Part shown: positions 17,644 through 27,398 of the stretch, piece after piece | Layout: each line of letters starts with the position of its first letter | How positions within the stretch are numbered: position 1 is the stretch's first letter | Assembly (NCBI GenBank): GCA_012511885.1 | Contig: JAAZFE010000124.1 | Coordinates: forward strand, 1 to 63,451 | Source: Lentisphaerota bacterium | GTDB lineage: Bacteria > Verrucomicrobiota > Kiritimatiellia > CAIQIC01 > Lenti-01 | Length of the DNA stretch: 63,451 nt | Direction of reading: 5' to 3' | Position numbers and translations under genes: made by a program | The notes under the pieces: model-generated | What the model was told of the DNA's origin: nothing | Database searches by the model: none | Seen by the model: only the letters and a program-made list of their open reading frames with translations

Positions 17644-19272
17644 GTGAAATTTGATCGTCTTGTTGAGAGTTATCGTGAGCGGATGCGGGCGGCTGCCGGG
17701 TTGGCCGAGGGTAGATTTGTGGCGAAGGAGGACGCTCTGACACTGCTGCGGGCGGTTCTCCGTAGTGGGGATCGGGTTTGCATTGAGGGGAACAACCAAA
17801 AGCAAGCGGATTTTTTTGCGCGGGAAATGGTCAAAATAGATCCGGCCGAGATTAATGGACTGCACATGATCCAATCCACGCTGGTGTTGGATGAGCATTT
17901 GGAGGTGTTTCGTCGGGGATTGGCAGATCGTCTGGATTTTGCCTATTCGGGTCCCCAATCGAAGGCGCTCTATCAGTTGGCGACTGAGAAAAAGGTGCAG
18001 ATTGGGGCTATTCACACCTATTTGGAGCTATATGGCCGCTATTTTGTGGATTTGTACCCGCAGGTGGCCATTTTAGCGGCGGAGGCCTGCGATGCGGCCG
18101 GCAATATTTATACAGGCGGTAACACGGAGGATTCGCCCACAATTGCTGAAGCCACACGCTTCAAGATGGGGGTGGTGCTTGTTCAGGCGCGCCAGCAAAT
18201 GGAGCAACTGCCCAGGGTGGATATTCCGGCCTCATGGGTGGATTTTATCGTGGTGACAGGTGAGAACTATCACTTGCAGCCGCTCTTTACGAGGAATCCG
18301 GGTAAAATTACGTCGCAACAGATTTTGATGGCGATGATGACATTAAAGGGGATTTATCAGCCCTATGGCGTGCAGGCACTCAACCATGGCCTGGGTTATG
18401 CCACGGCGGCCATTGAATTGCTGTTGCCGACCTATGGAGCTCAACTCGGCCTCAAAGGCAACATTGCCACTCGTTGGGTGCTCAACCCCCACCCCACCCT
18501 GATCCCGGCGATCGAGGCTGGGTTTGTCGAACATATTTATGCCTTTGGAGGGGAACCGGGTATGGAGGAGTATATTCGAGCTCGGCCCGATATTTTTGCG
18601 GTCGGCCCGGATGGCTCGATGCGCTCGAATCGTTGCTATGCCCATATTGCCGGATTGTACGCGATTGACCTGTTTATTGGAGCGACTCTGCAAATTGACC
18701 GTTTTGGCAATTCGTCAACGGCCATTCGCGGCATGATTGCCGGATTTGGCGGGGCACCCAACTTGGGCGGCACCCCTCCCGGCCGTCGGCATAATTCAGT
18801 GGCCACCACGTCGGCGGGCGGCCTGCGAGAAGACGTATTCCGTGGACGCAAGCTGGTGGTTCAGATTACGCCCACCCGGACTGAGAAAAGAGATATCCCG
18901 GTCTTTGTGGACGAACTTGATGCCCAGCAACTCCATCGGGATGGCGTGTTTTCCGAGCCACCGATCATGATTGCGGGCGATCAGGTGACCCATATTGTCA
19001 CTGAACAGGGAATTGCCTATCTGGACAGGTGCATGGACTGCGATACACGTCAGAAGGCGGTGGCTGCCGTGGCCGGCGAAACGCCTGTTGGGGCCAAGGC
19101 CAATGCGGCAGACCGCGATAAGTTACGGGCGGCGGGCATTCTGAAAACAGTCGAGGATTTAGGCATAGACCCGGCCATGGCCACACCCGAGCTTTTGCCC
19201 GCGCATTCACTTGAAGATCTGGTGGCGGCTTCCGGTGGTCTCTACCGTATTCCTCCCGGCTGCAAGGGATAA
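17644..19272 (+). CDS. mdcA: Malonate decarboxylase alpha-subunit homologue (acyl-carrier/CoA transferase family), orphan
   Basis: 542 aa with GDRVCIEGNNQKQADF and IGAIHTYLELYGRYFVDLYP. These match my recollection of MdcA. GTG start. Confidence 0.7.
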   Translation: MKFDRLVESYRERMRAAAGLAEGRFVAKEDALTLLRAVLRSGDRVCIEGNNQKQADFFAREMVKIDPAEINGLHMIQSTLVLDEHLEVFRRGLADRLDFAYSGPQSKALYQLATEKKVQIGAIHTYLELYGRYFVDLYPQVAILAAEACDAAGNIYTGGNTEDSPTIAEATRFKMGVVLVQARQQMEQLPRVDIPASWVDFIVVTGENYHLQPLFTRNPGKITSQQILMAMMTLKGIYQPYGVQALNHGLGYATAAIELLLPTYGAQLGLKGNIATRWVLNPHPTLIPAIEAGFVEHIYAFGGEPGMEEYIRARPDIFAVGPDGSMRSNRCYAHIAGLYAIDLFIGATLQIDRFGNSSTAIRGMIAGFGGAPNLGGTPPGRRHNSVATTSAGGLREDVFRGRKLVVQITPTRTEKRDIPVFVDELDAQQLHRDGVFSEPPIMIAGDQVTHIVTEQGIAYLDRCMDCDTRQKAVAAVAGETPVGAKANAADRDKLRAAGILKTVEDLGIDPAMATPELLPAHSLEDLVAASGGLYRIPPGCKG

Positions 19273-19349
19273 CCCGAATTGGCCTTGCCTTGCAGCCGCA
19301 AGGTGTTCATGCTGATTGCACGCCACCGAAAATGACAGGGAGAAGCACC

Positions 19350-19685
19350 ATGAATCCATTATTGAAGACCTTATGTCTGGTCATCTGCCTTGGTTGGGTC
19401 TTGGCGCCGCCCCCTGCCCGTGCCGAAGACCTCACCACCCTGTCTGGGAGCGACTATATGAATGTGGTGGTGCGCAAGATCGAACCCGACCGCCTTACGT
19501 TTGATCATGCCGAAGGTAGCGCCTGCGTGCCGATGACCGATTTGCCCGAAGCTTGGCGCAAAGGTTACGGTTATGATCCGCAGATGGCCGCAAGATTCGG
19601 GCGTTCGCGGATTGCCGCGCAGAAGCGAGCGGAAAAGAAACGCAGGGCGGCCGAAGCTGCTTCAATGGCCGTTGAGACTGAATGA
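19350..19685 (+). CDS. Small secreted protein of unknown function
   Basis: GGGAGAA lies upstream of the ATG. Signal peptide MNPLLKTLCLVICLGWVLAPPPARA, a conserved-looking TFDHAEGSACVPMTDLPEAWRKGYGYDP, and a basic tail. Confidence 0.5.
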   Translation: MNPLLKTLCLVICLGWVLAPPPARAEDLTTLSGSDYMNVVVRKIEPDRLTFDHAEGSACVPMTDLPEAWRKGYGYDPQMAARFGRSRIAAQKRAEKKRRAAEAASMAVETE

Positions 19686-19697
19686 GCGCACCCGGCT

Positions 19698-20843
19698 TCA
19701 GGATCCAACAATTTGCTGCCACACAAATCGTACAGGTCGAAGCAGCCAATAAACTCCATGCATAGCCGGCGGCAGAGCCCACCAGCGGAAATCCCCATCG
19801 CCCGGGGTTAGGATTCTTCGGATTTGATATCGCTGCTTTTCACGGGGATTCATCCAAAGCTCATGATATCGGCGAAGGTCTTGCCCCCGTACTGAGGATT
19901 CACTGCTGAACAGCAGATGCTCTGATTGGGCCAAGAGTAGGGAGGAGACAAATGGTTGCGCCAGACATGCAAAATCCATTCCCAAGAAATTGTTGGCCAT
20001 CTTACAACCGCCCGCCAATGCGAGTGTTGCCATATGAGAGTTGCCGGCCAGTTCCCGAGCTTCTTCAAGAGCATCGGGATGCCTGACCAGCAGTCCGGCA
20101 ATATCCAGTAGCCAGGCCAGCCGTTCCCACCCATGCCAAATGCCATGCAGACAACCGTAGAGCAGATGCAGCGCAGGAGTCGGCGCGCGCGCCTCGACCT
20201 CATCCAGTTTCTGCCAGGTAAACTGGTCCCTCCAGCTCGAGTTATTGCGCATAGGCCAAGGATAGTGAGGCGGGAACAAGCGATGCTTGAGCTCTACGAT
20301 AAAACCGTCAGGATGGTGAAAAGAAATTCCCCAGCCGAAATGCCACAAATGAAACCGTCTGAGCGAGTCTTCCACTTCCGGCGCGTAACCCTCCCCCATC
20401 AGAACCTTGCCCAGTTTCAGACCATCCTGCGGATCACACAGGAAATCCAGGTCATCATAACTCCGCAAGCCCGGCTCAGGCCACGCCTGTCGAGCCAACG
20501 CGGGACCTTTGAGCAGTGCAAGCGAACGAGCTTGAGGCGCCATGAGGGTATAGAGGCGTTCGGCTTCCCGGGTGAAGCGCGCCGCGTGGCGAACATAGGC
20601 GTATGCCATGGCGGTTGCCTGTTTGTCCGCGGTTGCCAGTTCCGTCTGGAGCAGATTAAATACGCCGTGACGACGGGTCAGAGCAAAGAGTTGCCCGGCA
20701 ATTTGCGCGTCGAGAGGTTCCACCTCATCTTGGATGGGCAGGCCATGAAGACGTCGAAATGCCTGCCGGCAAATTGACCTGAATTTCCCTGCAACGCGAA
20801 TGTCTGTCGTTGGCTCCTGAACGATTCCGACCGATTGCTGCAT
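19698..20843 (-). CDS. Uncharacterised nucleotidyltransferase family protein (NTP_transf_5-like)
   Basis: LLKGPALARQAWPEPGLRSYDDLDFLCDPQD resembles the family core. Start taken at ATG 20843, 1 nt after the upstream stop. Confidence 0.6.
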   Translation of the reverse strand: MQQSVGIVQEPTTDIRVAGKFRSICRQAFRRLHGLPIQDEVEPLDAQIAGQLFALTRRHGVFNLLQTELATADKQATAMAYAYVRHAARFTREAERLYTLMAPQARSLALLKGPALARQAWPEPGLRSYDDLDFLCDPQDGLKLGKVLMGEGYAPEVEDSLRRFHLWHFGWGISFHHPDGFIVELKHRLFPPHYPWPMRNNSSWRDQFTWQKLDEVEARAPTPALHLLYGCLHGIWHGWERLAWLLDIAGLLVRHPDALEEARELAGNSHMATLALAGGCKMANNFLGMDFACLAQPFVSSLLLAQSEHLLFSSESSVRGQDLRRYHELWMNPREKQRYQIRRILTPGDGDFRWWALPPAMHGVYWLLRPVRFVWQQIVGS

Positions 20844-20844
20844 G

Positions 20845-22287
20845 TCAACGCGAAGCCTTTGTTGACCGGCAAGCGGGAGTTTCCAACGAGGGGCAGAGTC
20901 TGGCCAGACCATACAGCGCCAGGGCAAGGACAAAGGGCCAGGCAACCAAGGCGTATCTGTGTTCGGCCGTGTTGAAGGCGAAACCCAACATCGTCGTTCG
21001 CAAAAGCACAAAGATGGCTCCGGCCAAAACAACCCGGCCATGCCAACTTTGTGTCAACCTGCGCCAACCCCTGCAAGCCGCCATCCCGCCACCCGCCGCG
21101 AACAAAAGAAGAACCAGCTTAAATAACAACAATGACGCGGTGAGGCATCGGCTGACGACTCGCGGGCAACGGGCCAGCCCGTGCAATACATGAGTGGCAT
21201 TGCTCAGGTTCACCCATAAATGACACGAATTGAATAAACGCCCCCACACATAATAACTCCACGGGGATGCGGCGATTCGGGCTAGGGCCATCTCCTCGAA
21301 TCTGCGGTCGTCCTCTATCGTCATATAGCCCCGCACCTGAACATTTCGCGCGATGTCGGTGAAGGTGTCCAGCTCCGCGGGATTGGTGAACACTCGGTTG
21401 GAGAGCCGTTTTGCATAAAGTTCGTTTATTGTTTCATTCGTCATCCGGCTAAACAGCAATTCTTCTTTCCAATGCTGCGGCCCTATCCACGTGCCAACCC
21501 ACTGCCTAAAGCCCGGGGTGGCGTGACGGAGGTCTCCGACCATTCGAACGCGATGTTCTGTCTGCCAGTGGTAAGCCACATTCAAGCTGACCGCAAACAA
21601 GAAAGACGCACCCGCCAAAGCGGCATAGAGGAGCCATGCTCGCCACGAGAATGCGCCAAGAGCGAGGACGCCAACCACACCCAACATGATGCAGGCCAGG
21701 GCAATCATTTCGGGACGAACCAATAAAGACAAACTGAGCAGCAGGCTGCCAAATAGAATGATCGCACTGCGAACACCTGTCTTGCGGCAGCTCCCCGAAA
21801 GCGTGAGGAACAATAGCCCGGTCACGGCAAGGAACATCGTGAGCGTATCAGGATATATCGACACGATATAAGCCGATGTCCACGGTTGCGCACCCAACAC
21901 CAAAGCCGCCACGGTTCGGAAACTGTTTACAGAAGAGAATCTGAATGTTGCGAACAGCACACAGGTAGTGACCAGTAGATCCAAAATATACTGAACGATG
22001 CTTACCCTCTGCCGAAGCTCCTGAGTGGTCTCGCCACGAGAAATCAGTACCGCAACAAAGGCAGAGTATCCCGGAGGACGAAAATCCGAATACCTTATTT
22101 CTCCCTCTTCAACAGCTTGTACTGGCGGAAACCGGCCGTACTTACATAGGTAACGAGCCTTTGACACATAGTTGGCCTCATCTCCTGAGAGGTCGGCCGA
22201 GAGCGGAGTCAACAGCAACAAGATCAGCTTCACTATCATGAGCGCAAAAAAGATTATCCATGGGATAGATTGCCCCAGCCTTCTCAT
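20845..22287 (-). CDS. GT-C fold membrane glycosyltransferase (ArnT/PMT_2-like)
   Basis: About 11 TM segments. First periplasmic loop has GDEANYVSKARYL and DFRPPGYSAFVAV. Confidence 0.55.
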   Translation of the reverse strand: MRRLGQSIPWIIFFALMIVKLILLLLTPLSADLSGDEANYVSKARYLCKYGRFPPVQAVEEGEIRYSDFRPPGYSAFVAVLISRGETTQELRQRVSIVQYILDLLVTTCVLFATFRFSSVNSFRTVAALVLGAQPWTSAYIVSIYPDTLTMFLAVTGLLFLTLSGSCRKTGVRSAIILFGSLLLSLSLLVRPEMIALACIMLGVVGVLALGAFSWRAWLLYAALAGASFLFAVSLNVAYHWQTEHRVRMVGDLRHATPGFRQWVGTWIGPQHWKEELLFSRMTNETINELYAKRLSNRVFTNPAELDTFTDIARNVQVRGYMTIEDDRRFEEMALARIAASPWSYYVWGRLFNSCHLWVNLSNATHVLHGLARCPRVVSRCLTASLLLFKLVLLLFAAGGGMAACRGWRRLTQSWHGRVVLAGAIFVLLRTTMLGFAFNTAEHRYALVAWPFVLALALYGLARLCPSLETPACRSTKASR

Positions 22288-22290
22288 CCT

Positions 22291-23466
22291 TTAATCCCCT
22301 GTTGCTGAATATGCTGTCGGAAGCGATGTGACGCAAAATGAGCGGACAAGTGCGACTAATGGTGCTGAACAATGCTCCCAAACATATTGTCTTGCGTTAG
22401 TGCGGGCGGCGGCGGAGAGCCGTTGCCATTCGGCCTCATCGGTCAACAGCCGTTGCAAGGCGTCCGCGACGCCAGACACATCGTCAGGATCGTAAAAGAC
22501 ACCTCCCGAACCACAGATTTCCGGAATGGCGCAGACGGTGGAGCTGACCACGGGCGTCCCGAAGAGCTGGGCTTCGATGGCGGGAATGCCAAATGATTCG
22601 CACCGGCTCATCAGGCAGAAAACGCGAGATTCGGCATAGAGCTGATCGAGACGATCACGGGAAACAAAGCCTGGGATTTCAACAGCATTGTCCAGACCGA
22701 GGTCCGAGATCAGACGGCGGATCTTCCTCTCATAAGTTTTGTCGGGCCAGTTGCCGGCCAGCACCAGACGGGCGGACGGGAGTTCTTCGCGAACCAGCCG
22801 AAAAGCCCGCACAAGTGTTTCAATATTTTTATGCGGAGCCATGGCTGACACACATAGGATTTGATGCACCTGGCGGGGGGCGCTCAGCTCGGCTCGCTCG
22901 TGTGTGGAGTCATTGGCGGCTTGATGAACCACGAGGCCTCTTTGCTCGTGAAAACCCGCATTGGCCCGGTAGGCTTCCTGCATATAGCGAGAATTAAAAA
23001 CCATGGCAGCAGCCACGCGCATGGATCGCCGATAGGCACGACGCTGAAGCCAAGCTTTTAAGGCATCACGCCGCCGCCGGGCGGCAGGAACCAGTGCCCA
23101 CGGATTCTGACAGAAGACAATTTGCGGAATGATCAGACCCTGGGCTGCAATGCCACTGGGCGTAAAATAGGCTCGAGCAGCATGGCGTTGGACCAAACGC
23201 GGCAGGTGAACACGTTCCCAAATCGCGCGAAACAGCCAGTGACGGGTGGCCAGGGGAGCAATTACCCAGTCAGTATGCTCATCCAAAGCATCACGCAACT
23301 CGCGCATGTCGTCCCGTGCAACAATCACCAGACGGATGTCGTTGTTCAAACCTTCGACAACCTGTCTCAAGTGCCCGAGCAGCACATGAAGACCGCTGGT
23401 GTGAGTAACCGACAGAGCGTTGACCAGCAATTTAGGCAAGCTCGTCAAGAGAGGTCTCCGCTTCAA
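22291..23466 (-). CDS. GT4-family glycosyltransferase
   Basis: FCLMSRCESFGIPAIEAQLFGTPVVSSTVCAIPEICG. The annotated start is a TTG that overlaps the upstream gene by 35 nt; an alternative TTG is at 23430. Confidence 0.8.
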   Translation of the reverse strand: MKRRPLLTSLPKLLVNALSVTHTSGLHVLLGHLRQVVEGLNNDIRLVIVARDDMRELRDALDEHTDWVIAPLATRHWLFRAIWERVHLPRLVQRHAARAYFTPSGIAAQGLIIPQIVFCQNPWALVPAARRRRDALKAWLQRRAYRRSMRVAAAMVFNSRYMQEAYRANAGFHEQRGLVVHQAANDSTHERAELSAPRQVHQILCVSAMAPHKNIETLVRAFRLVREELPSARLVLAGNWPDKTYERKIRRLISDLGLDNAVEIPGFVSRDRLDQLYAESRVFCLMSRCESFGIPAIEAQLFGTPVVSSTVCAIPEICGSGGVFYDPDDVSGVADALQRLLTDEAEWQRLSAAARTNARQYVWEHCSAPLVALVRSFCVTSLPTAYSATGD

Positions 23467-25330
23467 CGATATTCCATCGGATCAGGCGCACGGGACTTCC
23501 GCGAAGCACCTGCCGGAGGCTGTGCAACTCTTCATCTGAGATGGCTTCAGTCAGATACAGACGGTCAATTCGATGCTGAACTATCAACGTGGACAGATCA
23601 TGGATTCCGCCCACCACACGAATGCCGTGGACCGCATGCCCGATGGTTGCCGTATCGTTGCTGACAAGCCCCGCGATATCCAAGGGCTCCAGCGGCGGCT
23701 CACGGAACACCGCCTGGCGCAGAAACAAAGAGGTGCGATATCCCGTGCCATAAATCAATGCACGAGAGCTGCGGCCAAACCGTCCGGGGACTCGCATGCG
23801 CCGCTGCATCAGATCCTGGACCACCCGCAACGCGGCTCGCGTAAACATTACTGCGGGAGCCGCCAAACCACCCAAAAGAAGATAGCGGTGCAAAAGAATC
23901 AGCCCGCCAGCCTTATCCAAGCCGCCCAAAAGATGCAGTCCATAGGCAACGGCATAGCCGAGAACCACGGCAAATCCGGTAGCGGCATATTCGGACACTC
24001 TAGCCAAATACCATATTCGCGTGTAGGAGCGGAACAAAAGCAACATCAAAAAAGGAACGACCACATCGGTGGCCACATGGCGCAACCAAACGGCTTTGAG
24101 CGCCGTGAAGGTTGTTCCTTCTGGAACTGTCATCAGACAGTGGACAGCCAGCAATGCCGCATTCAGAATCAACAGATCGCCGATAATATAAAGAATCAAG
24201 GTTTGATTGCGCCGTACAGGTCGGGCAAGGCCCTGCAAGACCGCGTGCCCACTCTCGCGAAGCTCAATATCGGCCAGATGACGGACCACGGTATAGGCGG
24301 CCAGCATGAATGCCAGAATAAGGATGCCCAGGGCACGGTCATTGAAAATGGTCACCAAGAGGCCAACGGCTGCCAACGCCATGGTGGCGAGATACAGCAA
24401 ACGCGCCACTTGCCCTTGGTCGCGCCCTTCGCGCAGGAGACGATGGTGCAGATGATCCTGATCGGCCGTGTCCAGCCGGGGCGCGGCATCGTCTCCAGCC
24501 AACTGGCTTAGAAATCGTCGGACGGTACGTCGCCAAACGGCCAGCACGGCATCAAAAAGAGGCACGCCCACCGCCAGCATGGGAACCCCGATACCGGCCA
24601 TAAAAGAGGCTTTGGCATTGGCCGAAATAGAGAGCACCGCCAAAGTAAATCCCAGAAACAGGCTGCCGGCATCGCCCAGAAAGACCGTGGCCGGATAAAA
24701 ATTGTAGCGCAAAAAGCCCAAACAAGCTCCGATCAAGCCCAAAAACAGAAGGATATCGCCCGGGGATTTACGAAAGATAAGCGAAAGCCCAATGCCTGTG
24801 GCGGCAATCGCCGCAATGCCCGTGGCCAACCCATCCACTCCATCAATCAGGTTGAAGGCGTTCATCAAGGCGACAAACCAAATTATGGTCGCCACAGCAT
24901 CCACCCACTCCGGGAAAGAGATCCCGAAGATATTTTGCAAATGAAACCCGGCGGCATAGGCGGCCATGGCCAAAAGCACCTGACCTCCCAATTTGGTCAT
25001 TGGCTTGAGGTTGAAACGGTCGTCCAGCAGCCCCAGCAACATGACTCCCGTGCTCAAGGGCAGAAAACATAACCACCAGTCACTGGACAATTGGCCTGCA
25101 AATGGCTTCCAAGGGGCGAAGAACAACACTATGCATGCCACGTGAAAACCAACATATATGGCAAGGCCCCCCCCGCCCGGCACCGGTTTTTGATGAATTT
25201 TTCGCTGGCCCGGTTTATCCATGAAGCCCCAGCGCGGCGCCATCAGCCGCCAGAGCGGGGTCACGCTAAATGACACCACCAGGCCCGTTAGAAATACCAC
25301 GGGATATTTGAGGATAACTTCCAGGTTCAT
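23432..25330 (-). CDS. WecA/MraY-family polyprenyl-phosphate N-acetylhexosamine-1-P transferase fused to extra TM helices and a C-terminal Rossmann-like (CoA_binding_3/CapD-N-like) domain
   Basis: GLLDDRFNLKPMTKL and NLIDGVDGLATG (PNPT motifs). The C-terminus ALIYGTGYRTSLFL...IAGLVSNDTATIGHAVHGIRVVGG...RIDRLYL resembles the N-terminal module of WbaP/PglF-type proteins. Confidence 0.75.
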   Translation of the reverse strand: MNLEVILKYPVVFLTGLVVSFSVTPLWRLMAPRWGFMDKPGQRKIHQKPVPGGGGLAIYVGFHVACIVLFFAPWKPFAGQLSSDWWLCFLPLSTGVMLLGLLDDRFNLKPMTKLGGQVLLAMAAYAAGFHLQNIFGISFPEWVDAVATIIWFVALMNAFNLIDGVDGLATGIAAIAATGIGLSLIFRKSPGDILLFLGLIGACLGFLRYNFYPATVFLGDAGSLFLGFTLAVLSISANAKASFMAGIGVPMLAVGVPLFDAVLAVWRRTVRRFLSQLAGDDAAPRLDTADQDHLHHRLLREGRDQGQVARLLYLATMALAAVGLLVTIFNDRALGILILAFMLAAYTVVRHLADIELRESGHAVLQGLARPVRRNQTLILYIIGDLLILNAALLAVHCLMTVPEGTTFTALKAVWLRHVATDVVVPFLMLLLFRSYTRIWYLARVSEYAATGFAVVLGYAVAYGLHLLGGLDKAGGLILLHRYLLLGGLAAPAVMFTRAALRVVQDLMQRRMRVPGRFGRSSRALIYGTGYRTSLFLRQAVFREPPLEPLDIAGLVSNDTATIGHAVHGIRVVGGIHDLSTLIVQHRIDRLYLTEAISDEELHSLRQVLRGSPVRLIRWNIVEAETSLDELA

Positions 25331-26523
25331 GGCCAGCCTTGCCCTGCTTTTTCCACGATGTCGGCCAGTCTAGCACAATTGTCCTCGGCGGAGAAGTCGT
25401 CGCGATGCAATCGCAAGGCCCGGGCGCCTTTTACGTCGCGCAACCGGGCATCCATCAATTCCAAGGCGATGCTCTGGTATTCATTTGTAGCCGACGGCAG
25501 CAACCAGCCGGCATCGGCAGCAGCCAGCCACCGGCCCACCGCGCTGTGTGGAGAACCCGCAAAAGCCACAGGACGCCCGAGCGCACAGGCCGCCTGAAAC
25601 TTGCTGGGCACAACCACGCCCGTCCACTCTGGCCGCTGGGAAACCAAATGCACATCTGCCGCGCGAAGATGCGCGGCGGCCTGTTCGGCACTCACCGGCG
25701 GCATAAACTCAAACAGATCTCCCCAGCGCCGCTCCCATTCCTTGCGAGCCGACCCATCGCCCGCAAACACAAATCTGCATCGCGGCAAGATTGCCTGCAT
25801 GTGCCGGGCCAGCACCGCAAATTCTTCGGCGGAATGGGCACGCCCCATATTGCCACTGTAAAGCAATATGGTATCACCATCCGCCCACCCGCGCTCCCGG
25901 CGGCACTGCCGGGCCGCAATATCCAAAGAGTCATCCGGACGCAAGTTGCTCCAAACAGGGATCATCTCCACATTGACTGCGCCTCTGTTGCGGAGGTGTT
26001 CCGCCATATCAGGCCCGAGAGCGATAACTGAAGCGGCTCTTCGGCGTTCTTTTTGAGCCAAACGCTTCAGCAATGACAACAGCGGATTCCATGGATGCAG
26101 CCAACCATGGGCAAGGAGAGCTTCCGGATACAGATCCATGCACCACAAAACATAAGGCATCCCCAGCTCGGCCCAGGCCTGAGCTCCCAGCAAGCCAATG
26201 AATGGTGGTGTGGTCAAGCAAACCACGGCGTCCGCAGCCAGCTGGCGAAACAGATGTCGTCTGGCCGCATAATAGAATCGCATATATTCAGCCAGTTTGC
26301 CCGCGAAGCGATTGCCGTGGTGTCCCCTGCTCCCCAGCCGCACCACCCGCACACCCTCGGGGTCCGCGGCAGCACCGTTAGCGCCTGCGCCATAACCTGC
26401 CGCGGAGGCAAGCACCGTGACAGCGTGGCCGCGCTGCGCAAGCATGACGGCCAAATCGTATAGCAGAATGCCCGTTGGAGCCTGTGCCGGCGGGAAGAAC
26501 TGATTGATCAGAGTCAGCTTCAC
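25327..26523 (-). CDS. GT4-family glycosyltransferase (WbuB-like)
   Basis: N-terminus MKLTLINQFFPPAQAPTGILLYDLA. GTGA overlap upstream and ATGA overlap downstream. Confidence 0.8.
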   Translation of the reverse strand: MKLTLINQFFPPAQAPTGILLYDLAVMLAQRGHAVTVLASAAGYGAGANGAAADPEGVRVVRLGSRGHHGNRFAGKLAEYMRFYYAARRHLFRQLAADAVVCLTTPPFIGLLGAQAWAELGMPYVLWCMDLYPEALLAHGWLHPWNPLLSLLKRLAQKERRRAASVIALGPDMAEHLRNRGAVNVEMIPVWSNLRPDDSLDIAARQCRRERGWADGDTILLYSGNMGRAHSAEEFAVLARHMQAILPRCRFVFAGDGSARKEWERRWGDLFEFMPPVSAEQAAAHLRAADVHLVSQRPEWTGVVVPSKFQAACALGRPVAFAGSPHSAVGRWLAAADAGWLLPSATNEYQSIALELMDARLRDVKGARALRLHRDDFSAEDNCARLADIVEKAGQGWP

Positions 26524-27398
26524 ACAGGTCTTTTACGATTGGCCTGCCGTTTTTCCAATATTTTAGCACGCACCTGTTCGATATAGGCACGTCGGATTTG
26601 TGCGGCAATCAGGCCTCGCCGCCCTTCAAGGAATCCTCCGCATAGAACATAATGATAGAGGAACCATGCCCAACCTTCGCCGGGCAAGCGCATGGCAACA
26701 AGTTTCAAGAAACGTCGGCGTTCCTGCGCGTTGCCGAACAGCCGTGGCCGAATGGCCCTCACACCATAACGGCCGGCAGAGAGCGCCTGGAAGCGGACTG
26801 CCGCTTCCCAGGTGGAATAAGCGTTGTGTCGATCCAGATAGGCCGAAAGCCCCTTGACGTCGCGGTGTATCAAAGAATGTCCGAAACGACCCATGGAGCC
26901 CTCGACAATCAAGCGTTCATGCACCTCCATGTCGAGCTCTTCCCCAACATCGGGCAGTAGATTTTCAAAGCGTGCCCGGCCGCGCCGGAACAGGAACACG
27001 GCAGTGTGGCTAAATCCCCCGAAACGAAAACATCGCCCCATAAAGTGAAACTGCTTTCGCACAAGATAAGCATCATGAGTCTTGGCTGACGACAGCGCCG
27101 TTCTGACCTCTGTCCATAGTTCCGGTGGAATTGACTCATCGGCATCCAGCAACATGATCCACTCCGTGTTGAAGGATAAAAAGTCTAACGCCCACTGGCG
27201 TTTGCGGGGATATTGGCCGTTCCAGTGAAACTGCACCACCTCCGCGCCGAGCGACTCTGCGATGGTGGCGGTATCGTCCTGGCTTTGAGAGTCCACCACC
27301 ACCACGCGTTGGGCGGGACCAAGGGTGGCAAGGCAGGCCTCGAGATTAGCCGCCTCATTTCGCGCCGCAATGACAACGGTTATGTCCAATTTATCCAT
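26520..27398 (-). CDS. GT2-family glycosyltransferase
   Basis: ITVVIAARNEAANLEACL...VVVVDSQSQDDT...LLDADE. Confidence 0.85.
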   Translation of the reverse strand: MDKLDITVVIAARNEAANLEACLATLGPAQRVVVVDSQSQDDTATIAESLGAEVVQFHWNGQYPRKRQWALDFLSFNTEWIMLLDADESIPPELWTEVRTALSSAKTHDAYLVRKQFHFMGRCFRFGGFSHTAVFLFRRGRARFENLLPDVGEELDMEVHERLIVEGSMGRFGHSLIHRDVKGLSAYLDRHNAYSTWEAAVRFQALSAGRYGVRAIRPRLFGNAQERRRFLKLVAMRLPGEGWAWFLYHYVLCGGFLEGRRGLIAAQIRRAYIEQVRAKILEKRQANRKRPV

